Assembly: GCF_000497125.1 (NCBI RefSeq)
Contig: NC_090599.1
Location: forward strand, 310,001-374,000
DNA: 64,000 nucleotides
Direction: 5' to 3'
Source of the DNA: Spironucleus salmonicida
Lineage: Eukaryota
Of this stretch, positions 1-13,916 are shown one piece after another. A model generated the notes under the pieces. That model saw only the letters and a list, made by a program, of their open reading frames with translations, had not been told where the DNA came from and searched no databases. Each line of letters opens with the position of its first letter. Positions within the stretch are counted from its first letter, which is position 1. The translations under genes were made by a program, and so were the position numbers.

Positions 1-42
1 TCACATGGTGCTATCATGTTACCGATGATTGAGGAAGAGTGA
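1..42 (+). CDS. 3' end of a gene entering from the left (...SHGAIMLPMIEEE*)
   Basis: Open frame from base 1 ends in GAGTGA, the stop context typical of this window, followed by an AT-rich spacer. Confidence 0.4.
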   Translation, partial: SHGAIMLPMIEEE

Positions 43-310
43 TGGTAACGATTTGACATTTGTGTATAGGAATTTTATTAACTTATGAATAATTTAGTAT
101 AATAATTATATTTGTGTGGTCATATTAAAAATATTTATCAATATATTATATATCATATAATATAATATTAATTTAATTTAATTTAATTTATCGTCATTAC
201 TGTACTCCGATTATAACAAATTAAATACTTTAGAATAAATTATATTAAAAATAGTATGTAATTATTTATTATTATTATACTATTTGTTATATGTACAAAA
301 TATAACTAAA

Positions 311-766
311 ATGAACTTTTTAGAAACAATCCCAATTACTATTAACACTATTTTAGATGGAATCACTATTGATGAGAATTTATTAGTAGATAAATCTCTT
401 CTTCCATACGAAATTGTTGATATTATCACAGTTGCATATGATATATCGTAGATCGCATCGCAGCGTCTTTATGAAATAATTATTCCTCAGCTGAACGTTT
501 AGCCAATAAACCTTAGTCAAATCGTAGATATTAATATTAAAGTATCTTACTAAAATATCATTTTGAATCAAGCTTTGAAATTAAATTTATCATATTTTTG
601 TCCATATGAGATTGCTGATAACTTGATTACTGATTATTAATTAGGTGGAACTGCATTAGAATACGGAATATGGGCTAAGCTGATAGTTTTCGCATTATTA
701 AAAGGAATCTATGATGGTAGTGTTGGTGTTACTGGGGAATAAAATGTTGCTATTTTAGAAGAGTGA
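311..766 (+). CDS. 151-aa protein, possibly a divergent SNF5/SMARCB1-repeat protein
   Basis: Code-6 ORF MNFLETIPITINTILDGITIDE...DINIKVSYQNIILNQALKLNLSYFCPYEIADNLITDYQLGG...EE*; two internal PYEI-containing repeats; ends AGTGA. Confidence 0.6.
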
Positions 767-2435
767 GTTACTTGCTACTGAATATAAAAATTGTTTTTAT
801 TTTTTACTAGTTAACCGTTCATTATTAAGATTTTAAATGGTTTTAAGGCATGATTATATTGTATAATAAATTATGAGATGAATTTTTAATAACAAACAGA
901 AGATAGTATAATACTTATTCACTCATGCTTTGTTTCTCTATAACTTTTTGATCTATACAATACATATTTATTAATCAGCAAATTTTCAAATAATCTTAGA
1001 AGATATACATAAACAATATCTAATCAACTTTCATTTTTATATATACTAACTATATATGTGTCAATTACTATTTACTCCCTTCAGTAATAAAAATTATTTA
1101 TTGTGCATTTTTAAAATTAGCATATTAATTTTTAATTAGTGTGTTTTGCAATAAAAGTATAAGTCATAACATATTAAATTAAGCTATTATATGGTTATTA
1201 TAATTGCAGTCTGTTTAGCTTAATCATATTTATAGGTTCCTTAGATGTTATAATAAAATTGCGTAAATTTTCATTATTAAGTTTCATATTTGACCTATAT
1301 TAAGTAGTAAAAATGCTATACATATATATTATAATTATTAAACGTGTTTATATTTTTATTATCATATTATTTTAAAATATTGATTCGATTTTCAAAATTA
1401 AATAATTTGAAGATTTGAAGATTTTTAATATTAAATATATTTCAAATAATTTTAACTCATAAAATTTTGAAATAGCACCCGTTATTTTAATGTCATGATG
1501 CTTCTTGTTTAAGTTATATTCACATATATATCTACCATGTTAAGTAAACACTACATCCTGATTCAACATTAAAAAAATAATATTAATATCTTTGCGAAAT
1601 TAATTATAAAATAATCGTCTTTGACCTTATTCTATATGAATATTAATACTATTATTATGATCACATTATCATTATATTATGCAGATAACATTACAAATCT
1701 GTTCTCCTGTAAAGTAAATAAGATTTCACTCCCAGACAACACCACATTTTCCACATTAGACAACACCACATACTTTACAAAATTAGCTAGCACATGTACT
1801 ACAAAATATACCTAGTACAGATTTTTTCTAGCATTTTTCACAACAAAATTGCTACCCAGAAACATCAAAATTAGATCGCGCTTAGCCTGTAAAAACATCA
1901 TGAATCTAGAGTTCAAGAGCATCATTCTAAATTACTTAGAAACTACCCTTACAGAGACGCGCTATTTAGTGAGAATCATTTAATTTTGAAGAAAAAATTT
2001 ACACCTTTATTTTAAGTGATGAAGCTGTAAATACACAGCCAGTTAGTAGTGGTGTTGGATTCAGAGGTTACGAAGAGAAAATAAAAATTTGTTTTTAAAA
2101 CGTATCAGGAGAAACGGTTAAAAACTAAAGAGACTAAAAAATTGATTTTGATATAACTTAGATAGTTGATGATAACGCCATTTAAATAGAGTATCGATCC
2201 ACAATTTTTGGTTTTAGTGGTAGAGTGTAGTTAGTAAATGGTTATTAGTTTTCTTAAAACGAAGCAATAGTAAACAAATTATTAGGTTTAGAATTTTAAT
2301 ATATTGATAGAAATTTTGTTAATGCTTTTACTATATCCATTGACGTTTCCTGCAAAATAATCGCTATGTGCGACATTATAATAAATATCATTATATATTA
2401 ATTAATATATAATAAAGTCAATATAAGCATAATAA

Positions 2436-3134
2436 TCACTAATTAACTTTAAGATTTAAACAGTTGCATCTATTTTTGATCTGAAAAGAAGACCGTTGTG
2501 GTAATTATTTACTCAAATATGTAAGATTTTTATTTATCTTGACTGCTTCTACTAATGCAGCATCTTCATCAGCTGACCACTTACCTTTATGTATCTCTGG
2601 ATTTTAAACTCTTTACCAACGTTAATGAACTTAGTTTGACTTCAAATTTGTTGCAAATTTATCATTTAAAATTCTTGCTAAATTTTTATATGATAGGTTA
2701 CTATCTTATTATTTCAACTCATTTAACATTTATATTTACTCTTCGGACCAAAATTACTTTTAAGAACGTGTGCAATGTGGGTATGACGTGTCCTATGTAC
2801 TTGACTTGACTTCTTGATCTTATATTTCTAAAATTACTTAAGAATCCATAGCTACTTATTATGATTTAGAATAAAGTGACGACTAACTGGCATCCAAAAA
2901 CTCTTTTATAGTTATATTAATGTCGTTACAATATTGTGTTAGTTGTTACTTTTAAACTGGTAATACAAATGGAATAGGTGGCGAATTAACAAAATCTTGT
3001 ATAGCAGCGGCCCTATTAACCATTCTATCTTAGATTGCTTAAGTTTCTATTATTGGCAAACTGTCATTGTAGAAAAATTAATAAACTTCTGCTAAATGGA
3101 TGTCTAGATTAGTGCGTTTATTATGTTTTTCCAT
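2436..3134 (-). CDS. Myb-like DNA-binding protein (two Myb repeats), 232 aa
   Basis: KQFWSEEQIQML...NQVHQRWQRVQNPEIHKGKWSADEDAALVEAV...LPQRSSFQIKNR matches the R2R3 Myb pattern. Confidence 0.85.
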
Positions 3135-3168
3135 TATTTAGTAACTAATAATATATATCATACTATAA

Positions 3169-3555
3169 TCATATCTCATTCATAAAATCTATAAAATCAT
3201 TAAAAATATTTTTATAAACATTTTATTACTTTATTTTTTCTTTTCTAATTTGTTTTTTCAGATTTCTAAGCTACTTTTAGATAACATCAATATCATCATT
3301 TTGTGTAAATACCTTGAAAACTTAAGCTCTGAATATAGCTATGGCTACAATTAAAGTTAAATAACCCAATGATAAAAAAGGTAACCTATGAATAGGTAGT
3401 ATATGGAAAATCGAAAGCAATAATGTCGTTAATATCCAAAATAAAAGCCAGTGTAATAAATCTCTGTAATCTCCTTACTAATAAGCATAATAGGATGCTG
3501 GTAAAGAGTAAAGCACTAAAAATAAACAGATAATAACATCTACCACTATTCCCAT
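3169..3555 (-). CDS. Small membrane protein, TB2/DP1/HVA22 (Yop1/REEP)-like, 128 aa
   Basis: MGIVVDVIICLFLVLYSLPASYYAYQQGDYRDLLHWLLFWIL resembles the YPAYxS...DDTQWLxYW motif. Confidence 0.55.
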
Positions 3556-3671
3556 TAATTAAATCCTATAATCATATTAGTATTTAGTATATATTTTATA
3601 TACTCTCTTTATTATAATTCTATCTATTATTATCTAATTAATAATATTGCAACTTTCCTGATAAACTAATA

Positions 3672-4052
3672 ATGTCAGACGCACCAGTTATGCCTGATTT
3701 ACCATAGCTTCCGGAATAAATTGGAGAACACAATTAGGTTTCATCTAATCCTTAAGTTATTTAACCATAGATTATTTTTGTATAGTAAGTTTAATAACCT
3801 CAACCTTTGACTGTTTTCGATATTTATTGTAAATGTGTAGCACCAAAATTTGATTCCTGTAAATGTTGTGTTGGAGGTTGTACAGCATTATTTGCTGGAT
3901 GTGGTCTTTGTTGTTGTATTTCATGTTATGGTTCTTCGAAATTAGATAAATGTGATGTTTGCTTAGCTGGATTTGTTATGTGGCTTACTTCATCTTTTGT
4001 AGTAGGTTGGGTTGTGGCATGCATAGTTGGATGTTAAATATGTTATAATTGA
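3672..4052 (+). CDS. Cys-rich small membrane protein (possible SPEC3/Stum-like C-terminus), 126 aa
   Basis: P/Q-rich N-terminus, CCVGGC/CCCISC clusters, C-terminal GFVMWLTSSFVVGWVVACIVG. Confidence 0.7.
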
Positions 4053-4080
4053 AAATATTTTATCACTTATATTAGAATAC

Positions 4081-4569
4081 TCAAATAAAGTATTTTTTAT
4101 TTCGCCTATTTGCCAATACTTCATCTACAGTCTTTGTAACTTTGTATGGCTATAACTATGGCAGTACTTTCAGATCATCAATATCTAATAAGTCTGTAAA
4201 TGATATGTAATTCTTTTTTTTTGGTAAGATCTTAAATTTATGGTAATTTTATTCTACGAAAGAAGGCATTTTAAATAAACCTGGGACTTCTAACTGTTCT
4301 GCAGATTGTTTTATATATGTATTTAGATCATTATTATTTTATTAATATTGTGTAGAGTAGCATTATGGATTGGAATGATATAACTAATTACATATTAATT
4401 ATTCATAATTTGTAATCTAAGGTATATCGTTAATACATAATTTATCGGTTTTATGATGAATCCTACTTCGATAGCATCTTACTTTAGCTTTCTTTTAGTA
4501 AGCTTTACTTTACTAGAAAGTATCATCAATATCGTCATAGTGAATCGGTTTAGACTTTTAAAATTGCAT
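4081..4569 (-). CDS. Hypothetical protein, 162 aa
   Basis: Code-6 ORF MQFQKSKPIHYDDIDD...RRNKKYFI*. Confidence 0.55.
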
Positions 4570-4970
4570 TTATAACTGTCAGTTATAAATAAACAGCATT
4601 AACTAGATATGAGCATAATTAATGTGTTTTTTAGTTTTTATTGTAATTTAGTTATTTTTTATATTATTTGTAACCTAATTATTAACATTAAAAATTAAGA
4701 TATATATGATAATTATATTCAGTATTACAATCTTTTCCAAACAATGTTTTTATAATTGATGGCAGTTTAACCCTAATTATCTAAGAAACTATCAAATATT
4801 ACATTTATTCTATTTTCCTCATCATTATTAGTACAAATCTACCACTAAATTACATATTAATTATTTATCAAAACCACCAAGGCTTGATAATAAACTGTTA
4901 TGTTTATTAGTTATTATTATCTATAAAATCCTATAATGTGTTAATATATTAACAAGTGAAACAATTCAGA

Positions 4971-5270
4971 TCATAAATTAAGTTCCTCGATGAAAAGCTC
5001 AAAATCGAGCACTTCCCGCAAGTACTGCAGAATGGCCTTCGTGCCGCGCCCTGCCACCGCTTTGGACGGCCTCACCAGATAGTTCCCCTGGACACCAACT
5101 TATTACAGACGGCCAGCAAACAGCTTAGTTCGTGCATCCGAATGCTCTACAGCAGGTCCCAACAGTCCAAGTTCACTAGGAAGATACTAAATCGAGTTTT
5201 AGCCCAAATTTAGGTTTTGCAGCTTCCTTAGCCGAAATACCTGCTTCGAAACTGCCTTAATTTAATTTTA
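4971..5270. repeat. About 300-bp inverted repeat, copy 1 (partner 23650-23949)
   Basis: Reverse complement of 23650-23949 with about five substitutions seen by eye. Confidence 0.95.
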
Positions 5271-6815
5271 CGAAACATCCAAAAACTAGATATTTTCTTG
5301 TTTATATACACTTGGAGGTACAATGGACAATTTGTTTTGCTAAATATCCAAATATACCAAATTTTCAATTCTGTCCATGACAAAATCCTCCAAAATACAC
5401 TGCTATACTGTTAAATATTGTAATTATGGCATATCTGCACACTAGAAAAATTATAAATTTCGCATTTGTGATAAATCTACTTTCTACAGATTTGGAACAC
5501 TGGCCAAAATTATTTCTGGGATATCTGAAATTCCGCGTAATACAAGCTCTTTTAACTACGAAAACCGACCTAAATGCTCACAAAACGTGTCCATAGTGTC
5601 CTGGTTGAAACCTATGATTTTTTCTAATTTCAGAAGCACGATATTTTCTACATTGCTAGTAAATAGTGAACCTGGAAGCTTCTAGTTGCAAAATATGAGT
5701 TTCACACCAGAGTTTGTCATTGTATCAAGTTAAGTATTGTTGATTTATAGCTAAATGTTCTTATCGTTATTTTTTTCATCTAACTCCACCTCTTTTTTGT
5801 AAATTGCATGATCCAGTGGGAGCTTCGAAACGAGAAATTCCTTCGCTTTTAGAACACTGGCCTCCTGTGATATACGACTCATTTTGCGCATTGGATTTCC
5901 AACTAAAATTAGCCGTTTCAGGTTATTCAGGAGTCCGATTTCCCCAGGAATTTCTTGCAAGTTGTTGCAAGAAAGGCTCAAAATTTCTAATTTCGAGGCA
6001 GTCCAAAAGCAACCTTTTGGCAACAAAATATTTGAAATTTCGTTGTCATTCGCCTAAAATATTTATAAATTTTAAGCTAAAAAGAGATTTTCTGGAGTCG
6101 ATCGAAGTTAATTGTTATTCAAGTTTATCGATATTAAATTATATAATAATTATATATTCGAAAAAAGTTCGCATGAAAGGGGAGTTGACGAAAAACGATT
6201 CATTTCGAGATCTACGGAAGCCAAATTAGCGCAGCCCTCGTAGTTCGTAAGCCTATGAAGCAGATTGCGCTTTGCAGATAATTTAGTCAATTTAGTGAGA
6301 TTTTGAAGGTCCAAAGACGTAAGCTTATTAGCATCAATTTGCAGGTCGATAAGGCTCGGGCAGTCCACCGTCAAAGTCGACAGCGCGCACGCATTGAGCT
6401 CCAGCGTGACGATGCTGTCAGAGCTGATTTCGAGCGTTTTGATCGGATTTGAGGACAAAACGACAATTTTCAACTGGCCAAAACCTGAAATGTCCGGAAA
6501 GCTCGTCAGCTTGTTCGCAGAAAGATCGAGCAGCTTGAGGCTAGGGAGCTCCGCCGGCGCGAAGATTTGGATGAGATTTTTCTACAGAATCAGCGCTTCC
6601 AGGTTCTCTAATTTCTCGAGTTCCGCGCTCTCGATGGCTTTGAGCTGCGAATTTACAATTTCCAGGCGCTTGATTGGCATGGCCTCGTAAAAGCTAACGC
6701 CCGCAGAGATGGTCTCGGCGTCGTAAATTTCGCTAGGCAGTGATGGCAAATTCTGGTCCCTGAGTGACAGTACGCCCGTCTGCTTCGCTTTCGTGAGCAA
6801 TTTTTAAAGGTCCAT
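4971..6815 (-). CDS. Leucine-rich repeat protein, LRRC40-like, 614 aa
   Basis: Joins track ORFs 6582-6800, 6150-6473 and 5751-6026 in one frame; N-terminal LLTKAKQTGVLSL, LxxLxLxxN repeats, C-terminal GNYLVRPSKAVAGRGTKAILQYLRE. Confidence 0.85.
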
Positions 6816-6897
6816 TTCAGTGAAATTGTATATATAAATATATTATATTTTATATATAATAAATATGTAAATATACATAATAAACAATAATGCTCAC

Positions 6898-9882
6898 TCA
6901 AATAATTCCTTGACCGTACTCGACCAGCGGGTAGCCAAATGGAGAGCCGGCGGCCTCACAAAACAGATTCCTGAGTGCAGCTGGTAAGCTTTGCACTGAA
7001 AATCGCTCGTCGTCGGTGGCGTCGAAAACCAGCAGATCTGTTTGGATTGAGCTCCAAATCATTTTGTAAAAATAATTTGGAAGGTGGAAAACGTCCCAGC
7101 TGACATGTTAAAATGAGTACTCCAGGACGCGAGGACCAGCCATGACTGCGTATATTTTTGTATACTTTTGAGATTTTAGTGCGTGGTTCCACTACGGTTC
7201 ATTGGGATGAGAAAACAAAATATCTTTCTAATCGTCATTAATTTCCGCTAATTCAACATAACTTTATGCAAAATCATCTCCCATTAAAATTTGTTGTTAT
7301 GAGTAGTATACAGCATTTCTAAAGCAAGAAAGTATAACTTTTTACATCTCTTGTTATAATTGTCTATCAATGTCATTTTTAATAATGTACTAAATTGACT
7401 GATACAAATTTGGTATATCTGTATCTGCGTCTATATTTGTGTACGTGAAATTTGAATAATAACATAATCCTGTAACTGCATTACTTATTTTTGGCGATAA
7501 ATTCATACCAAAAAAATATCTAAGTGACTCCTCAATATTCTCAAACTGACCAGAACTAGATTATGATAATTATTAATATAACATAGATAACGCTTAAATG
7601 ATCTTTTGATCCAATTAAGTTAGTGAGATATATAGTAATCCTACAAATATTCTTATAAGTTCTTCTCTATAAAATTCAGAAGTAAAAACTCCAGATAAAC
7701 TATAATCATTTGTACTAAAATCTTCAGTAGAAATTGTTCCCTTATACTTAACTAGCCAACGATTAGTAAACAATGGTGCATTTTATGGCACTCTATTTTC
7801 TGATGTTTTAGGAACATGTTTTTACTCTACATTCTATTGCCCTAAAGTAATGCCAAATTAACGCCGCGGTGGATCTAGTACCTGTGGGATTGGATCTGTA
7901 TAACAAACTGAAGAAGATAGAACTGTACTAGCTACGCCTACCACATTAGTAACATTTGCTTTACTTTTGTCTTTAATAAAATCAACATATCTTTCTAAAC
8001 AAGTTCGCTCCAGCGTATGACACGATGTCTCCTTAGTCTCCAATGCATAAACTAAATAATTATGTCGAATTCTTAAAATATCGGAGCCTGTATTTAATAA
8101 AAATATCATTTTCTTTTCAGACATTAATACTTGAATTGTTCCTTATGGCATATAACCTTCCTAGAAATTAATTTTCCTTAACTATTACTAAAATTTTGTG
8201 TTTTACTTACCAAATAGTGATGAAACTGTAGAATTGTACAATTATATATCATCCTATTTATCAACACTATCATCCTATAATGAAGATACAATATCAGGAT
8301 TAAATTATCTACAATCTTTATATTAACATCTCTAGTTGAAAAATGCGATATGGTGAGGATGGAAAATAATAAATAATGGGGTACCGCCTATTGGTAATGA
8401 TGGAAAATCTAAAAAAGAGCATACTAGAAATATAATGCAATTATAGCAATATAGCAAATACCGAAACTTATACATTTTTAATTACCATCCGATCCTTGGC
8501 TCTTTAAAACATAACTATGATTAAACTTGCAAATATTTAAAGCTTTATATTAATCTATTAATTGAATAGAATATCCAAGAACCTCCAGCGATAGACAATC
8601 CAAAAAATGAATAACCTTTTATAATAAATGGAAGCCATCCCCCTAATAACATACCACATATATTTCCTAAAGGGTCAAATAAACCATTAACAATACTACG
8701 AGTAAAAATAATCATTAATACTATATTTTCAAAATAAGACTTTTATAAACAAAAACTATTAATATATTCGACAAAAACTAGAACAGACGTTATTACAGAT
8801 AGAATTATACTAAAAACTCCAATAACTATAGCAAACTTCCCATTATTTTATCTACTATTTTCAATTCTAGATAAGAAAGTTAATGGTAATATTAATAATG
8901 AGAAAGCACCACCAATAATTAAACTTAAATATTTAATATCTAATATTGTTTATATAGATTAGTGTAAACAAAACTATGGTATTTTGATATCTAAAAACTT
9001 TAATATTAAAGATACAACAATAAGAACTAATGACGAAACAAGCAGTATAATGTTTTATAGCAACGAACTTCTATTCCATCCATTACTACAAATGGATATA
9101 AAAACAATACCAATCGGTAATATTTAACTATAAGAAAAAATAGATACCAAAACTGCAGTACCAATATAAAATGCTGATGGGACAATAGCTTACATCCCAA
9201 CGACTCTAGTAATAAATTCAAATATAAACAATATGGCTGCCTAAAACTAAGGAAATATGCCAATAAATAATAAAAATGGAGTTACAATTATAAATATTGC
9301 ACCAACTAATGGTGATGCGATAGAAATTGGGCACCAAGCCGCAGTATAGAAAAATGTCGTAATACAAGGTTCTAATTCATTAACTGGGGTAAATTTGGCA
9401 ACTTACGTATCAATACCTCTTAAAGAAGGTACAATAAGTTAAGTGAAGAAAATTGAAGAGTATGCCGGTAATTAAAAAAAGTTCGTGAAACAAGAAAATA
9501 GTACAAATGAGGATATATTAAGAGCTAAATTAACTATCTTAATAAAAATTGGTTATACTTAACTCATAAGAGCGTTTGAAAACTCATCTTTAAATGATAA
9601 CTTCATGGAAATCTTTTAAGCTTCTCGCTCCTTAGCAATAAACGACATACTGAAGTAAAATATAGGAACAATAAATGCGACAACTAACTGAGCATAAAAT
9701 ATCTTAGAAAACGTAATCCCAATATAAATAATTGCTGATATAATATTTACGATAGAAGCTAAAATATGTGACTTAGTAGAGAAATTCCTGTCATCCGAAA
9801 TACAAATTCCAAATAATAAAGAATTTAACACTTTTCCAGCTATTTTTTTTGCAATTCCGTCATCAAATACTGGTGATGACAT
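6898..9882 (-). CDS. Pecanex-like multi-pass membrane protein, 994 aa
   Basis: Hydrophobic N-terminal half; PSLPIGGTPLFII, YALETKETSCHTLE and ILFSHPNEPQWNHAL resemble pecanex conserved blocks; start and stop are in frame. Confidence 0.7.
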
Positions 9883-10483
9883 TTTATGGAATTCTATATA
9901 ATTTATATTTATATATAATTATGAAAAAGATACTTGGCATTAGTAAGCTAACAATAAAATTAATTTTTATCTTCTTTATGCTTGCATATTTCAATATATA
10001 ATTTTATGCATAAAAGATTACATGCTAGTTTCGAACCTGGATTTTCTTTTGTTAAGATTTAGCAATAAAAAGCAAGTGAAAACTTTAAAACATAACTATT
10101 ATGTATAATAAGACTCATAATTGATATAAAATAATAAATTTATCTATAATTTGTCATACAAACAAAATGAACAGGGACTATCAAATTATATTTAAACATC
10201 TGCCTTATTATAGAGTATAATTAATTTTACAAAACAATAAATAGTGTATTAGAATCAATTTAGTAGGTAATAACTATCTATTTATATAAAGTTAAAGAAA
10301 TATAGATAATTAATTATTAATCGCCTACAACATTAATACTAAATATATATTACTTCATGAATATTCAAAATTATAAATGGATTTGTTCTTGTATTAATAA
10401 ATTCATAAAGTATACAAAAATTATTGTATAATTATTAAATATGTTAGAAAATTTATTTATAAATTTTTAAAAAAATTAAATTC

Positions 10484-11740
10484 TCACATACAAGTAACTT
10501 TTGAATTTGCATATACACATGTCCATCCATTAGTAATTATAAATATGCTAGAATTTAATTATACTGAGCAAAAAGTACTTCCACAATCTGAAAATTGATA
10601 TCCACCACCCATATTAAATTCGATTTTATTATTTATATCAGTTGTATAAATACTTTTAAGCTAAGTTAACTTATTTTTTTATTACCCAACAATTCCATAA
10701 TATGTAATCATGTTATGGGATGATTTTTTAGGTAACTCTAATGTAACTATACTTTAATCAACACTAATTGTATTTGTAGCATGTGTTATTGAAATTCTAT
10801 CTATTTGAGATCTTGATACAATATTATAACTACTTGATTTTTCTGAAACAAATACCCCTGAAAATGTAGCACTTATAAATTAAATCTAACCCTCATACTA
10901 TCTTAACTAAAAAAGTGGAATTTAGAAAGCTGAACCAATTCTCACCACCACTGAATAATCTGCATGGCATTTAGAGTTTCTGAATATTGAAAAACTATCT
11001 AAATTCATAAAATATATGGGAAATATAGAATTTGGATCTGAAATGATTGGTACATCAAATTAAGTATTACGTATAGTTGTTCCAATACTAACTAGCGAAC
11101 TTGCACCCAACGAGCTATAATTCTTTGTAATCAATTGTTAAAACCAATATCCAGAATTATAAAATGAAGGCTATATAAATGAGCGCCTTTTATCAGTTTA
11201 TCTAAAACGAAATTCAACCTACCCGTTCTGATTAGACTAATTTATTGTAAATCCCTACATTTATCCCTAATCTTTAGTATAATTTAGTATAAAACTATAA
11301 GGTACTTACTTATACCTCAATAATAAATCCTCGCTTTCCATAAATGCAGTATTGTTTAATTCACTAAAAATATCCTGAATTGATTCTACTGTTATTGACT
11401 TATCTAAAACTATTCCTTCATCATTTATCAACTCAGGAGAAGTATTCAGTGTCATTATATGCGATTCGGGGCTCAAACCACACATGAAAACAGAGCATGT
11501 TGTTAATGTTGCTAAAATAATACCAATACATAAAAAGTTAAAACTTAGGATAAATAAAAATTTACATCCTGGTGAGTATTTTGCATGATATAAATACTAT
11601 TATGGTGGTTGAACAGATATTTTAGCTGAGAAACTCTTATTGAAATCAACTAACTATGGTTATTATCCACTAAACTATTCTGATAAAATCTGTACCTGAG
11701 TATCTTTTCTACTACTTTTTGCCATTTCAGAATCAGTCAT
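10484..11740 (-). CDS. Hypothetical single-pass membrane protein, 418 aa
   Basis: Code-6 ORF MTDSEMAKSS... with a TM segment FLFILSFNFLCIGIILATLTTCSVFMCG. Confidence 0.65.
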
Positions 11741-11903
11741 TAAAAGAGTTTTATATTTATTTATATAATAATATTAATTCGGATAATTAGTTTTTTCGCC
11801 AAAATAAGCGCAAATAATAATATTAGTATGTTATTCTTCCTCAAGGTATTACTTCTAATAAATAAATATAGATTATTGTATAATCACCTTACGAACATTA
11901 ACA

Positions 11904-12497
11904 ATGTTGTCAAATACTTTTATTGATTAAATAGCAATTATTTTTTCACAAAAGTAAATAATTAAACTTAATATGTAATTAGCCAGTCAATTAGGGATGT
12001 TAAAGATACAAAACTCCATAAAAGATGATGGAACTGAACTAATGAGCAGCATAGACACGATTCATCAAGAAATTAAAAATGTAGTGGACAAATAACTATC
12101 TGACGAATATTATGATACATGTTATGAATTTTAAAGATACCGGTTAGAAACATAGCGATAATTGTAGAGTATCCTTGACAATAAAACATTTAACGAATAA
12201 AAAGACATTAAAAAGGAAATAAAATAAACTGTGAGAGAAGCAAAAGAAATTTTGCGACACTAATCCTGGAAAGTATTCGAATAAAGTATTTTAGATATAT
12301 AAAATCAAATTATTACTACCATGTCACACTATTAAATATGTCTATCTTAGGCTGAATAGTATATTATAGACTACTTTTCTATTAGATAAGAGCATATTCA
12401 ATCTTTATTTTATCCTTGTCTAAGAATGTAAAGACAGGAAATAATCTAACCTGATTAATAATTTTTATGTGATATTTTATTAAAAATACCAATATGA
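11904..12497 (+). CDS. Hypothetical protein, 197 aa
   Basis: Code-6 ORF MLSNTFIDQIAI...; start and stop in frame. Confidence 0.55.
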
Positions 12498-12670
12498 ATT
12501 ATCAAACTATTGGTTTCAAGATGATTTTTTACTATATAATTAGAATTATCAATTTGTTATTTTTTATTATCACATATTTAATTTTTTACTTACAAATAAA
12601 TAATTATTTACATTTCCAATACACTCTTCTATTTATATTATATACTATAATAAATATCTAATTATCAAAA

Positions 12671-13915
12671 ATGCAAAATTAACAAAAAATCCTTACCAGA
12701 ATTTAAAAGCAGAAGTAGGCTATTGATACTATCACCTAAATAGCTATGGCATAGCTTAATAATAACTATCTAGCAATTCAATAAATCGCTCCTGATTATA
12801 CAAATGACAAGAATATTATTCCTCACCTAATCGGAGATTTAGTGCATAGCCGAGAGGGCCCAACTGCAAAACCTATAAGATAAACATCGCAATCTAATCC
12901 AAAACTTCCATGTAAAAATAAAAATGAAACACCATAAAATACGAATTAGTTACTCAAAAAATAAGTCAACCCACGGGCTTAAAAAGAAAATTTATTATTA
13001 TCTACTTAAAATAAATAGTAAAACGTAACCACTGATCGAGAAGCTGCTAAACTGCCCATTAAACAGATTTCAAGCGATGCTAGTTTCTAGAAAGAAGCGG
13101 TATCTCCACGAGAGATTGTCTAAAAATGCGATAATCCAGAAGTATCGCTGGGTTAAGTTATTGAAAAAGATAGCTTTATGAGGTAAAATGGAGATATATA
13201 AACCTAAAGTTAATATATTAATAAGTCCATTTCAGTTGTTTCAGTATAAACAGATTAAGATGATAAATATATTTACAATTAAGATAAACAAACTAATCTA
13301 GTAAATTAAGAGAATTAACATGATACATCATGTAACAACTGTGATCTTATTTTATAAGATAAATTAGATATTTACTCGCTATAGTTGGAATAATTTTTCA
13401 TGCCAGCTGAACTACATCACTGCAGATGTGATAATTATAAAAACTGTATTTGTGGTTGTGATGGCAGGCAATTTATATTAAATGATATTTTAGACGAAAA
13501 TAGTTTGCAGGAAATTAATAGTTCAGCACCTAATTTTTTTAAAGCTATTTAACCTCACTAATGTGGTTAATATCGGCTTACACAATAAGTACCTATAGAA
13601 AATCAAATCGAATCTTTGATCACACTATTTCCAGATCTTAATTTGTAAAATAATTAGAATTCAGATGATAGTTCTTGGGAAGGGTTAATTAAATAAAGTG
13701 GATATATGTAAGGTCACACGCCTAAAAATTAAATAACTGAACATAATTATAGAGATAAGGTTCAATAAGTTAATTAATACCCCAAACAAATGAGTTTAAT
13801 TAAGGATTAGAATATACAAATCATTGATAAGGAAGTTTATATATCATAATGTAGAAATATGAATGACTTGGAATGGAAGTAAACTGTTCGCCTAAATGGT
13901 TATTAAATATAGTGA
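12671..13915 (+). CDS. Hypothetical protein, 414 aa, with a Cys cluster (CRCDNYKNCICGCDG)
   Basis: Code-6 ORF ending TAGTGA. Confidence 0.65.
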
Positions 13916-13916
13916 A

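Noticed and set aside
1620-2390. Coding-like fragments and a short AGACAACACCACAT duplication
   Set aside because: The frame changes several times and no product is recognisable; possibly a decayed gene
10020-10080. tRNA-like T-loop (GGTTCGAAAC) on the minus strand
   Set aside because: No acceptor stem or D-arm can be formed; at most a decayed remnant
11827-11871. GTATGTT donor-like site followed by TTCTAAT...TAG
   Set aside because: No ACTAAC branch point fused to the AG and no upstream ATG exon
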